23,331 nt of DNA from Octopus sinensis (taxonomy: Eukaryota): contig NW_021836649.1 of the NCBI RefSeq assembly GCF_006345805.1, positions 1-23,331 of the forward strand, written 5' to 3'. A program made the position numbers and the translations under genes. Position 1 is the first letter of the stretch, and the number at the start of each line of letters is the position of its first letter. The notes beneath the pieces were generated by a model that saw only the letters and a program-made list of their open reading frames with translations, was not told the DNA's origin and did not search any database. This document shows, piece by piece, positions 1 through 11,906 of the stretch.

Positions 1-347
1 ATGAAAAGAAAAATTTTAATCCATAAACAAAAATAGCAAATATTTTAAATTAAAAATATCAATATCTCTGAAAATATATTCTTTCCAATCTTTATTAATA
101 TTTTAACGTGCATAGATTTTTCATCTCTTGTTACCAAGCGTTTAATTAGGAAGGAAACTTCTCATCGGTTCCCCATACTATGTTTTAGCTGTAGACTCAC
201 GCAATAATTATGTGCATCACAATAATTATCAATTATTAGAAGTGAAACTTGAATGGAATAATGCATTTTGGTCTAATTTGGTTAATTACAATATGAAAGG
301 AATTGTACATTTTCAAAATTATTTTCCCTATACAATTAATATGTATA

Positions 348-352
348 CATAC

Positions 353-394
<42 letters not shown>

Positions 395-1856
395 ATACAT
401 ACATACATATATACATACATAATACACTTAGAATAACTTAGAAGGTCTTGGCCAGTATTGCCCAGGCCATGTCTAACTTAATAGCACCACCTGGCGAAGT
501 CTTTCAATTCAGGATTGGGCACCGAGGCCCATTCGAGCAGAGAGTTATTGTTTGCGGAGACATATCCGGGTGTGGGTGGTTTGTCCGGGACTGTTTGAAG
601 GAATTTGTCCAAAGACTTCTTGAAATTGTGTGGTCAGTTTCTGTTTTGAACGTGTCCTAGTGTAATGTTGAAGAGAGCGGGTCCAATTGAGGTGAAATAA
701 TTGTGCCGTATTGTCGTTATGTGATGCGATTTAGATTTTTGTTGTGGACGGATGGCCGTGGTCCAAGCCTTGGATGTATTTTGAAGGTGATGCCAACATC
801 ATTCGGACAGTGCTGATGGAATATTTTCCACATCATACAGATAATGTAGCGTTCACGGCGTCGTTGGAGTGAATACAGTTTCAGCTTCTCTAGTCTACCC
901 CAGTAGTCAAGGTCTGACATGCCATCTATCTTTTTTGTGATTGACCTTTGGGGAGCTTCAATTCTCATAATATTTTGTTTTGTGTATGGAGATCACAGTG
1001 GACAGCAGTATTCAAGGTGGGGTCGGGCAAAAGTGGAGAAGAGAAGGATAATAGTGTGGGAATCTCTCGACTGGAAGGTTCTGAGAATCCAGGAGCACAT
1101 TCTGCGGGCCATGTCAACTTTGCTGCTTATATGTGTAGCCCAGCTTATGTTGTTGTCCACTGTTACTCCCAAGTCTCTGATGTTGTTGGACGTCATGAGA
1201 ATTTCTCCAGAAGGAAGGGAGTATGGAGTTTTAGAGCGTCTCCCTTCCAAGTGGATCAGTTCGAAATTGTCTTCGTTTAGCAACATGTTGTCTTTTCCGC
1301 CCATTGGACACCAGCCACAGTCTGACTGAAGGCTTATTCGGTCATCCACGCCATTGATGACCTTCTGGAGCTTGGAATCATCAGCGAAGGTTCTGATGTT
1401 ACTGTGTTTGATGGTGTCAGTAATATCATTTATGTAGATGATGAAGAGAAGTGGGACCAACACAGTGCCTTGTGGGACACCACTGCTGACTTTGGCTGGG
1501 CTGGATTTGACTCCTTCGACTACAACATGTTGGGTTCTGTTAGACAGGAAGCACTTGATCCACTGCAGCAGCTTTCCAGTGACACCAATATTGGACAGCT
1601 TTCTCAAAATGATCTTATGATCAACCCTGTCAAAGGCCTTGTTGAAATCAAGGTAGATGACATCAGTGTTGGAACCCTTTCCCAAGGCTCTCAAAATGTT
1701 ATCAAAATGATGCAGTAGCTGCGTCAGGCAATCTCTTCCATTACGGAATCCATGCTGGTTGGAGTTCAGCATATTATGACTCTCAAGGAAGTGAGTCATA
1801 CGCGATCTCAGCACTCTCTCAAATACCTTAATGATATGAGAGGTGAGTGAGATTGG
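348..1856 (-). mobile_element. 5'-truncated CR1-group (CR1/L2/Crack-like) non-LTR retrotransposon, inactivated
   Basis: Minus strand reads PISLTSHIIKVFERVLRSR..., YLDFNKAFDRVDH, SGVPQGTVLVPLLFIIYIND, TFADDSKL, DLGVTVD, RPHLEYCCPL, LQRRRERY and FKKSLDKFLQTVPDKP...NNSLLEW. The 3' end carries a short repeat (TTCTAAGTTA TTCTAAGT, 426-444) followed by microsatellite. The direct repeat ACAATTAATATGTATA lies at 332-347 and 1857-1872. Confidence 0.93.
490..1856 (-). pseudogene. Reverse transcriptase and C-terminal region of the LINE ORF2, disrupted
   Basis: ORF 993-1814 holds the RT core with FADD. An in-frame TGA at 993-995 (CPL*SPY) replaces the usual W. ORF 717-968 continues in the same frame. 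Further frameshifts occur near 760 and 640. Confidence 0.9.
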
Positions 1857-1867
1857 ACAATTAATAT

Positions 1868-1876
1868 GTATATAAT

Positions 1877-1907
<31 letters not shown>

Positions 1908-1910
1908 TAG

Positions 1911-1948
<38 letters not shown>

Positions 1949-1968
1949 ATATATATCATCTATCTATC

Positions 1969-2067
<99 letters not shown>

Positions 2068-2164
2068 GACACACACATATTATACATATATATATTTCTT
2101 AATCGTGAATACAATATGTATATATGCATATGTATAAAATATACATACATATATGTGTATGTAC

Positions 2165-2258
<94 letters not shown>

Positions 2259-2270
2259 ATATACATATAT
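1868..2270. repeat. Compound microsatellite (TA)n, (CTAT)n, (TA)n
   Basis: Read directly from the sequence. Confidence 0.97.
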
Positions 2271-2439
2271 CAGTAACAGACTGATAGACGCTGTTATTTA
2301 TATAATGGGGAACAGCTTTTCTTTCGGATGTTTTTTTCTTGGAAGAAATCATTTGCTCTAGTTTCCATTTTATCGGAAGGAATTTTCATATTTCCTTATT
2401 TAACATTTGAAACAGGAATACTGACACACATGCGCAGGC

Positions 2440-2646
2440 ATACATGCACAAACATATACATACGTACCCACCACATATATATGCATACATAATACATACA
2501 TACATGCACATGTACACACACTCACACACACACACATATATATATATTCACACATACACACATATGGGTACATATACATGTAAATATTCTGTAAATATAT
2601 CTATTTATCTCTCTGTTGTATATATATATATATATATATATATATA

Positions 2647-2691
<45 letters not shown>

Positions 2692-2846
2692 TGTGTGTAT
2701 GTGTGTATGCTTGTGTGTGCGCGCATGTCTGTGTGTGTGTATGTGTGTATGTCTATATGTGCATACATATACTACACACACACACATATATATATATACA
2801 CATGTATATTATATACATATACTCCATATATTCATGTTCATATATG

Positions 2847-2922
<76 letters not shown>

Positions 2923-2935
2923 TATATGTATGTAT
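2440..2935. repeat. Compound (CA)n/(TA)n/(GT)n microsatellite
   Basis: Read directly from the sequence. Confidence 0.95.
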
Positions 2936-3339
2936 ACAGACAGACACATAGACACACGTATAGTTATTGTGAGACACATCGACCCTCTGGTGTACGTCTG
3001 TATGTTTGACGGGAAAACCTCGATGGATTAGGAAGACGCAATTTAGCAGAGTAAGTGAAGCATTCTCCATTTCGCCTAATTGGTGTAAAGGGGAAACACG
3101 AAGGAGATGAAATGTTTGCACAGTAAGGAGAGAATTCCACATGTCCACCATTAATGTATGTGTCTCATTAATTGGAACACACTTTATCTCTCTAGGATTA
3201 GGAAACAAGTTTTTTTCCGTTGTGCTGAAATGTTTTCGCATTTCACGATTAGGACTTTTTGAAGCTGAAATACTGAAAAAGAATAATTTTTCGCTTCATC
3301 TTTATTTCTGTCTTTCACTACAATTAAACTTTCTCGCTA

Positions 3340-3550
3340 TTGCTGTTGGTGTTTAAACATCAGCTCCGTCTGGTTCTTGTAGTCTTATAATTAAAGCTTC
3401 CTTGTAATGCCTATTCTATTTTTTGTGTAAGTACATCATGGATTATATTGTTCAGTGATCTGTCTGTTATAATATGGTAGTGTCGATTATTAGGTGGATT
3501 AGACTGCTTTATCTAGCTGTTTCAGCGACAACGTAGAGTTCCTTTTTTTT
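3340..3550 (-). mobile_element. Possible very decayed Penelope-like GIY-YIG C-terminal remnant
   Basis: Minus strand reads ...RHYKEALIIRLQEPD (3371-3410), resembling the EAL.I....P.LN end of GIY-YIG domains. Several stops lie upstream. Hammerhead-like half motifs (GAAACGCGT, CTGATGAAG) occur nearby at 3643-3680. Confidence 0.3.
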
Positions 3551-3780
3551 AAACTGTTCTATGTTTAATTCTAAATTTGTAAAACTATACATGTACAGTT
3601 ATAATATGCACTTATGTATATGTAACGGAACAGTACACTTCGAAACGCGTTGTAGATAAAACAGGGGACAACTGATGAAGGGAATGTTCTTTATGTTGCC
3701 TGTCTCGTTTCTCATTTTGTCTACGTTTTTTTATATCATGTACCCATATATGCTTTTAAAAAATATGTGTAGGTATGTAC

Positions 3781-3784
<4 letters not shown>

Positions 3785-3813
<29 letters not shown>

Positions 3814-3819
3814 TGTATG

Positions 3820-3850
<31 letters not shown>

Positions 3851-3898
3851 GTATGTATGTATGTATGTATGCATATATATACATATATCTATCTGTCC

Positions 3899-3975
<77 letters not shown>

Positions 3976-4001
3976 CTATCTATCTATCTATCTAGTATAT
4001 A

Positions 4002-4051
<50 letters not shown>

Positions 4052-4052
4052 A

Positions 4053-4087
<35 letters not shown>

Positions 4088-4114
4088 GATATATATATAT
4101 ATATATATATATAT
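3785..4114. repeat. Compound (TATG)n, (CTAT)n, (TA)n microsatellite
   Basis: Read directly from the sequence. Confidence 0.97.
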
Positions 4115-4231
4115 AACCGCGATTCATTGAATTAGTTACTTAAGTTGAAACACGAAGTCAGTCCAGTATTATCCGCACACCTCAAAGTAAGATGAATATA
4201 ATCAAACTAAGCAACAGGATATCAAGTAGTG

Positions 4232-4319
4232 ATGCAGTACGACCGTTTCAAGCGACTCCATTTAATTGAACAATGCAATCATTATATCAATTTAAATGCA
4301 ATGTCATCTTCAGCTGCAC
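4232..4319 (-). ncRNA. Type-I hammerhead-ribozyme-like motif (left arm)
   Basis: Minus strand: GTGCAG-CTGAAGA-TGAC-loop-GTCG-CTT-GAAAC-GGTC-GTA-CTGCAT. Confidence 0.6.
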
Positions 4320-4774
4320 AAATAAATAAATAGAATTTTAGAAGTAAGACATATTAATATAATTTTTCTCAAATATTTTAACAGAGTAAGAAGATGGAAG
4401 ACATTCATGTTGTCGCTATTGTAGCTAAGAATAGACCACACTTCCAAGAATTACATGAAGTCTATTGGGGTCATAGTGTTGTAAGGGATTGTAATTCATT
4501 TCTAATTCATTTATTTCCTTCTCAACTACTAAATCTAAGCCTAGAAGACTGTGTCTATTTTGAATAGAAGACAAGAGTGAGATAAATGAATTTCAAATGA
4601 TTTACAATCCTTTAGAACACCATGACCCCAATAGACTTCATGCAATTCTTGGAAGTGTAGTCTATTCATAGCTACAATAGCGGCAACATGAATTTCTTTC
4701 ATCTTCTTGCTCTGTTAAAATATTAGAGAAAAATTATATTAATGTGTCCTACTTGTTAAAAATTCTATTTATTT

Positions 4775-4862
4775 GTGCAGCTGAAGATGGCACTGCATTT
4801 AGATTGATGTAATGATTGCATTGTCCAATTCAATGGAGCCGCTTGAAACGATCGTACTGCAT
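4775..4862 (+). ncRNA. Type-I hammerhead-ribozyme-like motif (right arm)
   Basis: GTGCAG (4775-4780), CTGAAGA (4781-4787), TGGC...GCCG, CTT, GAAAC (4845-4849), GATC, GTA (4854-4856), CTGCAT. Stem I closes and stem III is the palindrome ACGATCGT. Confidence 0.65.
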
Positions 4863-4905
4863 CACTACTTGATATCATGTTGCTTATTTTGATATATATA
4901 TAAAT

Positions 4906-5025
4906 ACGTCACTAAAGTGAACTAGGGCTCTAACCAGCACCAGAATTGCTAGAAATAAGAGCAAAAATATCTCAATAGCCAGCAATATTGGTGCTGATTA
5001 GTGCCCTTGTTTACTTTAGAGACGC
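4906..5025. repeat. Small imperfect hairpin / MITE-like element, arms about 48 bp
   Basis: ACGTCACTAAAGTGAACTAGGGCTCTAACCAGCACCA is matched by the reverse complement of TGGTGCTGATTAGTGCCCTTGTTTACTTTAGAGACGC. Flanks are TA-rich. Confidence 0.75.
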
Positions 5026-5071
5026 ATATATTTTTGCGTTTAAGTTGTAAAATTGCGAATTAACCACCCAT

Positions 5072-5308
<237 letters not shown>

Positions 5309-5399
5309 AAGAATACAAATGAGGTTTAACATTTACTACTGCTGTTTCGGTAGAATTTTATTGATGAATGTATAGATTACAATACAACATAAATCTTAT

Positions 5400-5463
5400 A
5401 CACATGTAAGGTAAAACTTATACACATATAAGTTAAACTTATAAACATGTAAGGTAAAATCTT
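5400..5463. repeat. Short minisatellite, about three copies of a ~21-bp unit
   Basis: ACATGTAAGGTAAAACTTAT / ACATATAAGTTAAACTTAT / ACATGTAAGGTAAAATCTT. Confidence 0.6.
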
Positions 5464-5737
5464 GATGACTAAATTCAGCCACCAGCATGACGAATAAATG
5501 ATACTTAAAACATTCCCACTTGTTCATAAGTGATATTTCTATTCACCCTTTATCTTCTCGTTCCATTTTTTGCATGAACCTTCTCGCTTTTTCTCGTGGT
5601 TTCTCATGTACCAGCGTCCTGGTTTTTCAAACAGAACACACCATGTGTTCAGAGCCCAAAGATTGCTTGAAGACGTGTCTTAATGACATAAACCGTTTGA
5701 AAGGCATTATTTTTATACAGTGTACATTAAATGATGT

Positions 5738-5841
5738 GGAAGACACTTGCCCTTTCCCAAGGTGCCATGCAATGGGACTAAACAAGAAACCACATGGTTG
5801 GAAAACAAGGTTCTTAACTCCACAGTGTCATGCCTGCGCCT
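5738..5841 (-). mobile_element. tRNA-derived SINE head fragment (family A)
   Basis: Homologous to 12860-12959 and 21020-21124 (AAGACACTTG...CCAAGGTGCCATGCA.TGGGACT.AAC). Confidence 0.75.
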
Positions 5842-6082
5842 GTGTATGCGCGCGCACGCATATGTGTGGGTGACCAGCAAATAAGTTTACATAGGAGCGG
5901 TCAATAATCATACATTTGGAAAATGGACAGATCAGTATCTCCTAATAACTTTTAGCTTTATATCTCGTTTCTCTCATACGTTAGACGGCGTGGTCATGGC
6001 CGGAAAACAGTTGATCAAAGTTTGGCTCAGTCACTAAATTAATGATACATATTATTATATTTGTGCATTAGCACGTGTAAAA

Positions 6083-6400
6083 GTGCGTGGTTTACTGGTT
6101 AAGGTATTCGGTTCACGATAGTAAGGCCGTGAGTTCGATTACCTACAGCGTATTTTGTTCTTGAGCAAGACGCTCTATCTCACATTGTTCCAATCCACTC
6201 AGCTGGCAAAAATGAGTTGTACCAGTAATCCAAAGGGCCAAGCCTTGTCCCGTTCTGTGTCACGCTGAATCTCCCTGAAAAGTATGTTAAGGGTACGCGT
6301 GTCTGTGGAATGCTCAGCCAATTGCACATTAATTTCACGAGCAGGCTGTTCCGTCGAACGGATCAACCGGAACCCTGGTCGTTATAACTGACGGAATGCC
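6083..6400 (+). mobile_element. tRNA-derived SINE (family B)
   Basis: A-box-like TGGTTTACTGG and B-box GAGTTCGATT. The central block TTCTTGAGCAAGAC...CACTCAGCTG...AAATGAGTTG is shared with 19720-19780. Confidence 0.8.
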
Positions 6401-7154
6401 AGTCTGTGTTAGTGGGTGTCTTTTTTCCTACGAATGCATTTTTTTTAATGTTGTCAGACAAAGAATAAGAGAACAAATGCAAAAGATACATTTGGGTATA
6501 AATTCCATTTCTGAAATTCAGAACTCCATTGTTTTAAAATTGTATTTGCTACTAAACTTATTCGCTCCATTGATAATTCTAGCTTCCTTTGGTATTCAGA
6601 AATTTTGTCAAAGAAATCAAATGTCTTCATCAAATCAGACCAACCGTTTTCTTCTCTCATCCTAATTCTTCGTTCGTTCATATTTTGACGTACGTTCTCT
6701 GGTATTGTCTTCACATGTCATTATCTAAAGATATGTTAATGCAATCTAATGTGAATCTATTCTATCTATCGCGTGTATGTTTTTTACGGGTTAATATTGT
6801 CTCATCACACACACATACACACACACGTTTATATAACACAACTGAACACACACACTCACAAACGCATACTCGTAAACACACACACACACAAATACATACG
6901 CACAAACATACGAGCACTCATATATAGAAATTTGGCGGGGGGTCGGGTTGGAGATGTCTGTCTGACATGCAATGATTTATGAACTTAAATGAGGAACTAA
7001 CTGATATACCAGTGAAAAACGTAGCTACAGTAGTAGTAGTAGCAGCATTAGTATAGTAGTAGTAGTAGTCGTACCAACAACATCACATCAACATCAATAG
7101 CAGCAATACTAGAACACTGTAGATAAGATAGTTGAATCAGCAGAGCAGCGGACA

Positions 7155-7747
<593 letters not shown>

Positions 7748-8029
7748 CAAATGGGACAAGGACGCAAAACCATCCAATAGAGGATACAAAAAATACGGAC
7801 GGGTCATTCGAAGCCGTTAATCTTCAGTCAAGAACCGGATCATCCCCGCAATTTCGCTCTGATTAATCTTGAGATTGCTCCAATCTGGCCAGCCCCAAGA
7901 AAAACTAAGATAAGAGCATTAGATTTCTTGAAAAAGGATCGAATGTATACGAAACAAGGACAGAAAAACGGACGATGTTACACGAATATAAATACCCCCC
8001 CCCCAATAATACAAATATAAAAACAAAAA

Positions 8030-8066
8030 ACAATAATAATACTAATAATAATAATAATACTAATAC

Positions 8067-8118
<52 letters not shown>

Positions 8119-8130
8119 TATTATTATTAT
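8030..8130. repeat. (AAT)n switching to (TTA)n near 8118
   Basis: Read directly. It abuts the SINE 3' end. Confidence 0.95.
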
Positions 8131-8318
8131 TTCTTTACTGCTCACAAGGGGCTAAACAGGGGGGGGGGGCAAACATGGACAGACAAAGGGATTAAGCCGA
8201 TTGTATCGACCCCAGTGCGAAACTGGTACTTTTATTTATCGACTCCGAAAGGATGAAAGGCAAAGTCGACCTCGGTGTAATTTGAAATCAGAACGTAACG
8301 ACAGACGAAATACCGCTA
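8131..8318 (-). mobile_element. tRNA-derived SINE (family C), 5'-truncated
   Basis: TTTATCGAC.CCGAAAGGATGAAAGGCAAAGTCGACCTCGG...CAGAACGTAA.GACAGACGAAATAC matches 11680-11760. Confidence 0.85.
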
Positions 8319-8654
8319 AATAACAGAACATAACAACAGGCGTCTTTCGACTAGAAACGAATTGAATTCAGCTGGCGTATTGAGAATAAGCTTTACGGCA
8401 GACGAAAAGAACGATGTTACCGTGCCCATGGTCCGACGTAAAAGGGCTAGTCGGCCAGCGGTCACGTGAGAAGAGACGAGAGAGAAAAAGAGGAGCCAAG
8501 GAATTAAGGAGGGGGAGAAGAAAGAGAGCGTGTAGACCGAAGAATCAAGAATATATGTGTATATATCAGGAACGTACCGCCTTGGTAGGCAAAGTTAGCA
8601 GCGCCTGCCCTGAATAAAATAGATTGATAGTAACATTTTCCTTTTTTGGCAATA

Positions 8655-8690
8655 AGCACCACACACACACACACACACACACACACCACA

Positions 8691-8728
<38 letters not shown>

Positions 8729-8739
8729 GTGTGTGTGTG

Positions 8740-8797
<58 letters not shown>

Positions 8798-8850
8798 ATG
8801 TGTGTGTACATATATATGTACATATGTATGTATGTGTGTATGTATGTATA
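8655..8850. repeat. Compound (CA)n/(TA)n/(GT)n microsatellite
   Basis: Read directly from the sequence. Confidence 0.95.
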
Positions 8851-8984
8851 TAGTTTTACCACAGAGGGACTGTAAACTCTTGCCATTCTTTAATTTCCTA
8901 TTCATCTTTTACAAGAAGACTGACCTGAGTCCGAAGTGTCGGAATTTCCTCTCATGGCAATTTCACTGTACTCTTTCCAATGTG

Positions 8985-9128
8985 TTCTACTACTGCCTCA
9001 GGCCGACCAAAGCCTTGTAAGTGGATTTGGTAGTCGGAAACTGAAAGAATCCCGTCGTATGTATATGTATATATATATGTGTGTGCATGTTTGTATCTGT
9101 GTTTGTATCTGTGTTCGGCAAAAGGGAT
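8985..9128 (+). mobile_element. SINE family A internal fragment
   Basis: GGCCGACCAAAGCCTTGTAAGTGGATTTGGTAG.CGGAAACTGAAAGAA.CCCGTCG is the reverse complement of the block at 12800-12855. Confidence 0.8.
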
Positions 9129-9612
9129 CTGGTGTGAGTTGTCTCACTTGGCTATGATCTGCTTTCGGGTGTTTTTACACCAAAGGCATCGAGAATATAC
9201 TCTCTTACGACTATAAAATGCTGCCACGGGACAAATTGACAACGCACACACACCTCGTGTCCGACTTTGTTTATATGCCTCGAGCTGCTTCTGATTCAAT
9301 TTTGAGTTTTTTTCCGTGTCATAACATGTTGGGACTTGCCTGCAGATGGTTCTTAAACCATTTAGCATATAGTCACAGCCAGTTAGACAGCTCACAGCAA
9401 GCTCCTTTGGTCACTATAATGATGAAAATCACTACAATGATGAAACATCGATGTCTGTTTCCTCGAAAAAAAAAAAGGGACCTGTGTGAGTTGTCTCACT
9501 TGGCTATGATCTGCTTTCGGGTGTTTTTACACCAAAGGCATCGAGATTATATTCTCTTACGCCCATGAAATGCAGCCACCCGACAACTGACAACGCTCAC
9601 ACCTCGTGTATG
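9124..9612. repeat. Local direct duplication: 9124-9262 and 9477-9612
   Basis: 63 bp identical (9132-9194 = 9484-9546), followed by about 65 bp of diverged similarity. Confidence 0.92.
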
Positions 9613-9638
9613 TGTGTTCGACTTCGAATTCATATTTG

Positions 9639-9689
<51 letters not shown>

Positions 9690-9907
9690 GCTGCTTCAAC
9701 TAATGCCAACATCCGGTTCTCCTTGCTGCAACGCACAGATCCTAGCAGGTTAACGATCATTTACTAAATCCAATACAACTTATCAATTAGGTTCAATACC
9801 AATGATATCCTTATTTTATCCAGACGCAATCAATTTGATATCCACGATATTTTTTCTCATATAGTCCGACCAGCAGATATTACTTAGGGATTTGGGTTGG
9901 GAAGGTA

Positions 9908-9908
9908 C

Positions 9909-9990
<82 letters not shown>

Positions 9991-10003
9991 AATAATAATA
10001 ATA
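9908..10003. repeat. (TAT)n switching to (AAT)n near 9987
   Basis: Read directly from the sequence. Confidence 0.95.
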
Positions 10004-10559
10004 TTTTAACATTCTATTTACAAATTGGAGGGTGGGAAATAAGTAGGAGTGTGTTTACTCAAATAGGTTAAACGTTTAGGCTTCAAATTTCGCTTAAGTT
10101 AACAAGAAATCCTCGATCGGAAATTCTTCAACGAATCCCCGCAGAGTTTTGGACTGAAGTATGATGGTTTGCTCAGAAGAATCACGCCCATCTTGAAGTC
10201 TTCAGTAATTCTAGAGACGGCAAAATTGTTCAGACTTTTGAACGGGTTGCTTAGAAAACGTTACTTCCAGAATGTAGCGGTTTTACAGAGAGAAACCTCC
10301 CTGCCATGCTTCCGGCTATTATTTGATGCGCAGCCATTTTAAACAAGTGTGTGTACAGGGATGTATATATGTATGTATATGTGTGCGTATGAGTGTGTGT
10401 GTGTATGTGTGATTGTGTGTGTATATATATACATGTATGATTGATATATGTATACGCATATCTACACTCACACACACACAAATGAGTTAGCAACTTTCTT
10501 TTGAAGTTTTCTTAATTTCTCAGTAATTACTAGTGTTGTTAATATTGTTAGTCTTCTTG

Positions 10560-10995
10560 TGGCTATTGTTGTTGTTGTTGTTGTCGTTGTTGATGACAGT
10601 GTTGTTTATGTTTTTGCTATAATGGTGGAGGTCCCAGCAGTGTTGGTGAAGGTGGGGATGAAGAGGTAGAGCAGGAGATTAGAGACAGCTTATGATGATG
10701 GTGGGGAGTGGTGGCGGTAGTGATGGTGATTGCGGCTGTGGTGGTGGCGTTGGTGGTGTTAGCAGTGGCAGCAACGGCGATAGTGGTGGTGGTGGTGGTG
10801 TAGAGTTGGTGGTGATTGCAGCGGCGGCGGCAGTGATGGTGACGGTGGAGGTGGTGTTGGTGGTGATGGTGGTGGCGTTGGTGGTAATTGCAGCGGCGGC
10901 GGCGGTGATGGTGATGGTGATAGTGAGGTTAGTGGTAGTGATGGTGATGGTGGTGATGGTAGTAAAGATGGTCGTGGTGGTGGTGGTGCTAGATG
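10560..10995. repeat. Low-complexity trinucleotide tract: (GTT)n then (GGT/GAT/GGC)n
   Basis: Degenerate in-phase triplets; includes a ~50-bp internal duplication (TGGTGGT.ATTGCAGCGGCGGCGGC.GTGATGGTGA). Confidence 0.85.
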
Positions 10996-11330
10996 TGCTG
11001 GGTTTTGCTTTTCATACGCTGGTACCGTTTAATGCTTCATCCGTGTATACGTATGATATGCATACGTGTATATATATATACATGCATACATATGAAATTT
11101 ATTCTTAAATACACACACACACATATATAGATGATAGATGTATGTGTGTATGTGTGCCTGTATGTATGCAAGAGTGAGTCTATATGTGGATATTTATGAA
11201 TACTTGTACGCATGTGTATATATCTATAGGCGTGTGCTTACCTCCGTATGCCTGCATCTATACGTGTGTGTATGAGTACTTACATACATGCGTACATAAG
11301 CACATTATATATATATATATATACATATAT

Positions 11331-11906
11331 ATCGTTGCTATTATGTTAAACTGTCGTATGTCCAAATTTGGTTAAACACGTTTTTTCAATATTTTATTTT
11401 ACTTGTAATAGCCGGTTCTTTTGCTTCAGATGCCAATATATGAACATTGTCAAAGTGTAGTACAACGGTTTAGCATTTTTCAAAAGTGTAATAAGTCCCA
11501 CATACGACAGTTTTGCAAAATATTTCTGACTGAAAATATCATACATGCATGGAGTTACGATTATATGCTTCCAACAAAGTATTATTCTTTTCTACTCTAG
11601 GCACAAGGCCCAAAATATTTGAAGAGTAGGGCCAGTCGATTAGATTGAACCCAGTACGCAATATGTACTTAATTTATCGACCACGAATGGATGAAAAGTA
11701 AAGTCGACCTCGGCAGAATTTGAACTCAGAATGTAAAGACAGACGAAATACTGCTAAGCAATTCGCCCGGTGTGCTAACGTTTCTGCCAGCGCACCGCCT
11801 TCCCAACAAAGTATTATTGTTAAGCTGAAACTTGCTAATGTAAAAAGAAATGGAATGGTGAAAAAAAGCAACGTTCTGGACTTACGATACTTTTGCATAA
11901 TAGCAA

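Larger units (their letters stand above)
4196..4898. repeat. Long inverted repeat (foldback), arms about 320 bp, spacer about 60 bp; probably Penelope-like terminal repeats
   Basis: 4196-4517 is the reverse complement of 4579-4898. For example GATGCAGTACGACCGTTTCAAGCGACTCC matches GGAGCCGCTTGAAACGATCGTACTGCATC, and CATGAAGTCTATTGGGGTCAT matches ATGACCCCAATAGACTTCATG. Substitutions are scattered. Confidence 0.95.

Noticed and set aside
448-1718. Plus-strand ORFs 448-660, 919-1329, 948-1280, 1404-1718 and 1438-1620
   Set aside because: They are antisense shadows of the LINE RT.
3643-3685. GAAACGCGTT followed by CTGATGAAG, a possible permuted hammerhead
   Set aside because: Stems I and II do not pair convincingly in this order; kept only as a hint of a PLE end.
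7815-7860. Minus-strand GAAAT...CTGAAGA
   Set aside because: No NUH site or closing stems found.
9150-9195. Hairpin followed by CGAAAG on the minus strand as a hammerhead
   Set aside because: No CUGAnGA core 5' of the hairpin.
10692-11108. 138-aa Gly/Val-rich ORF
   Set aside because: Produced by a degenerate GGT/GAT triplet tract; no splice or domain support.
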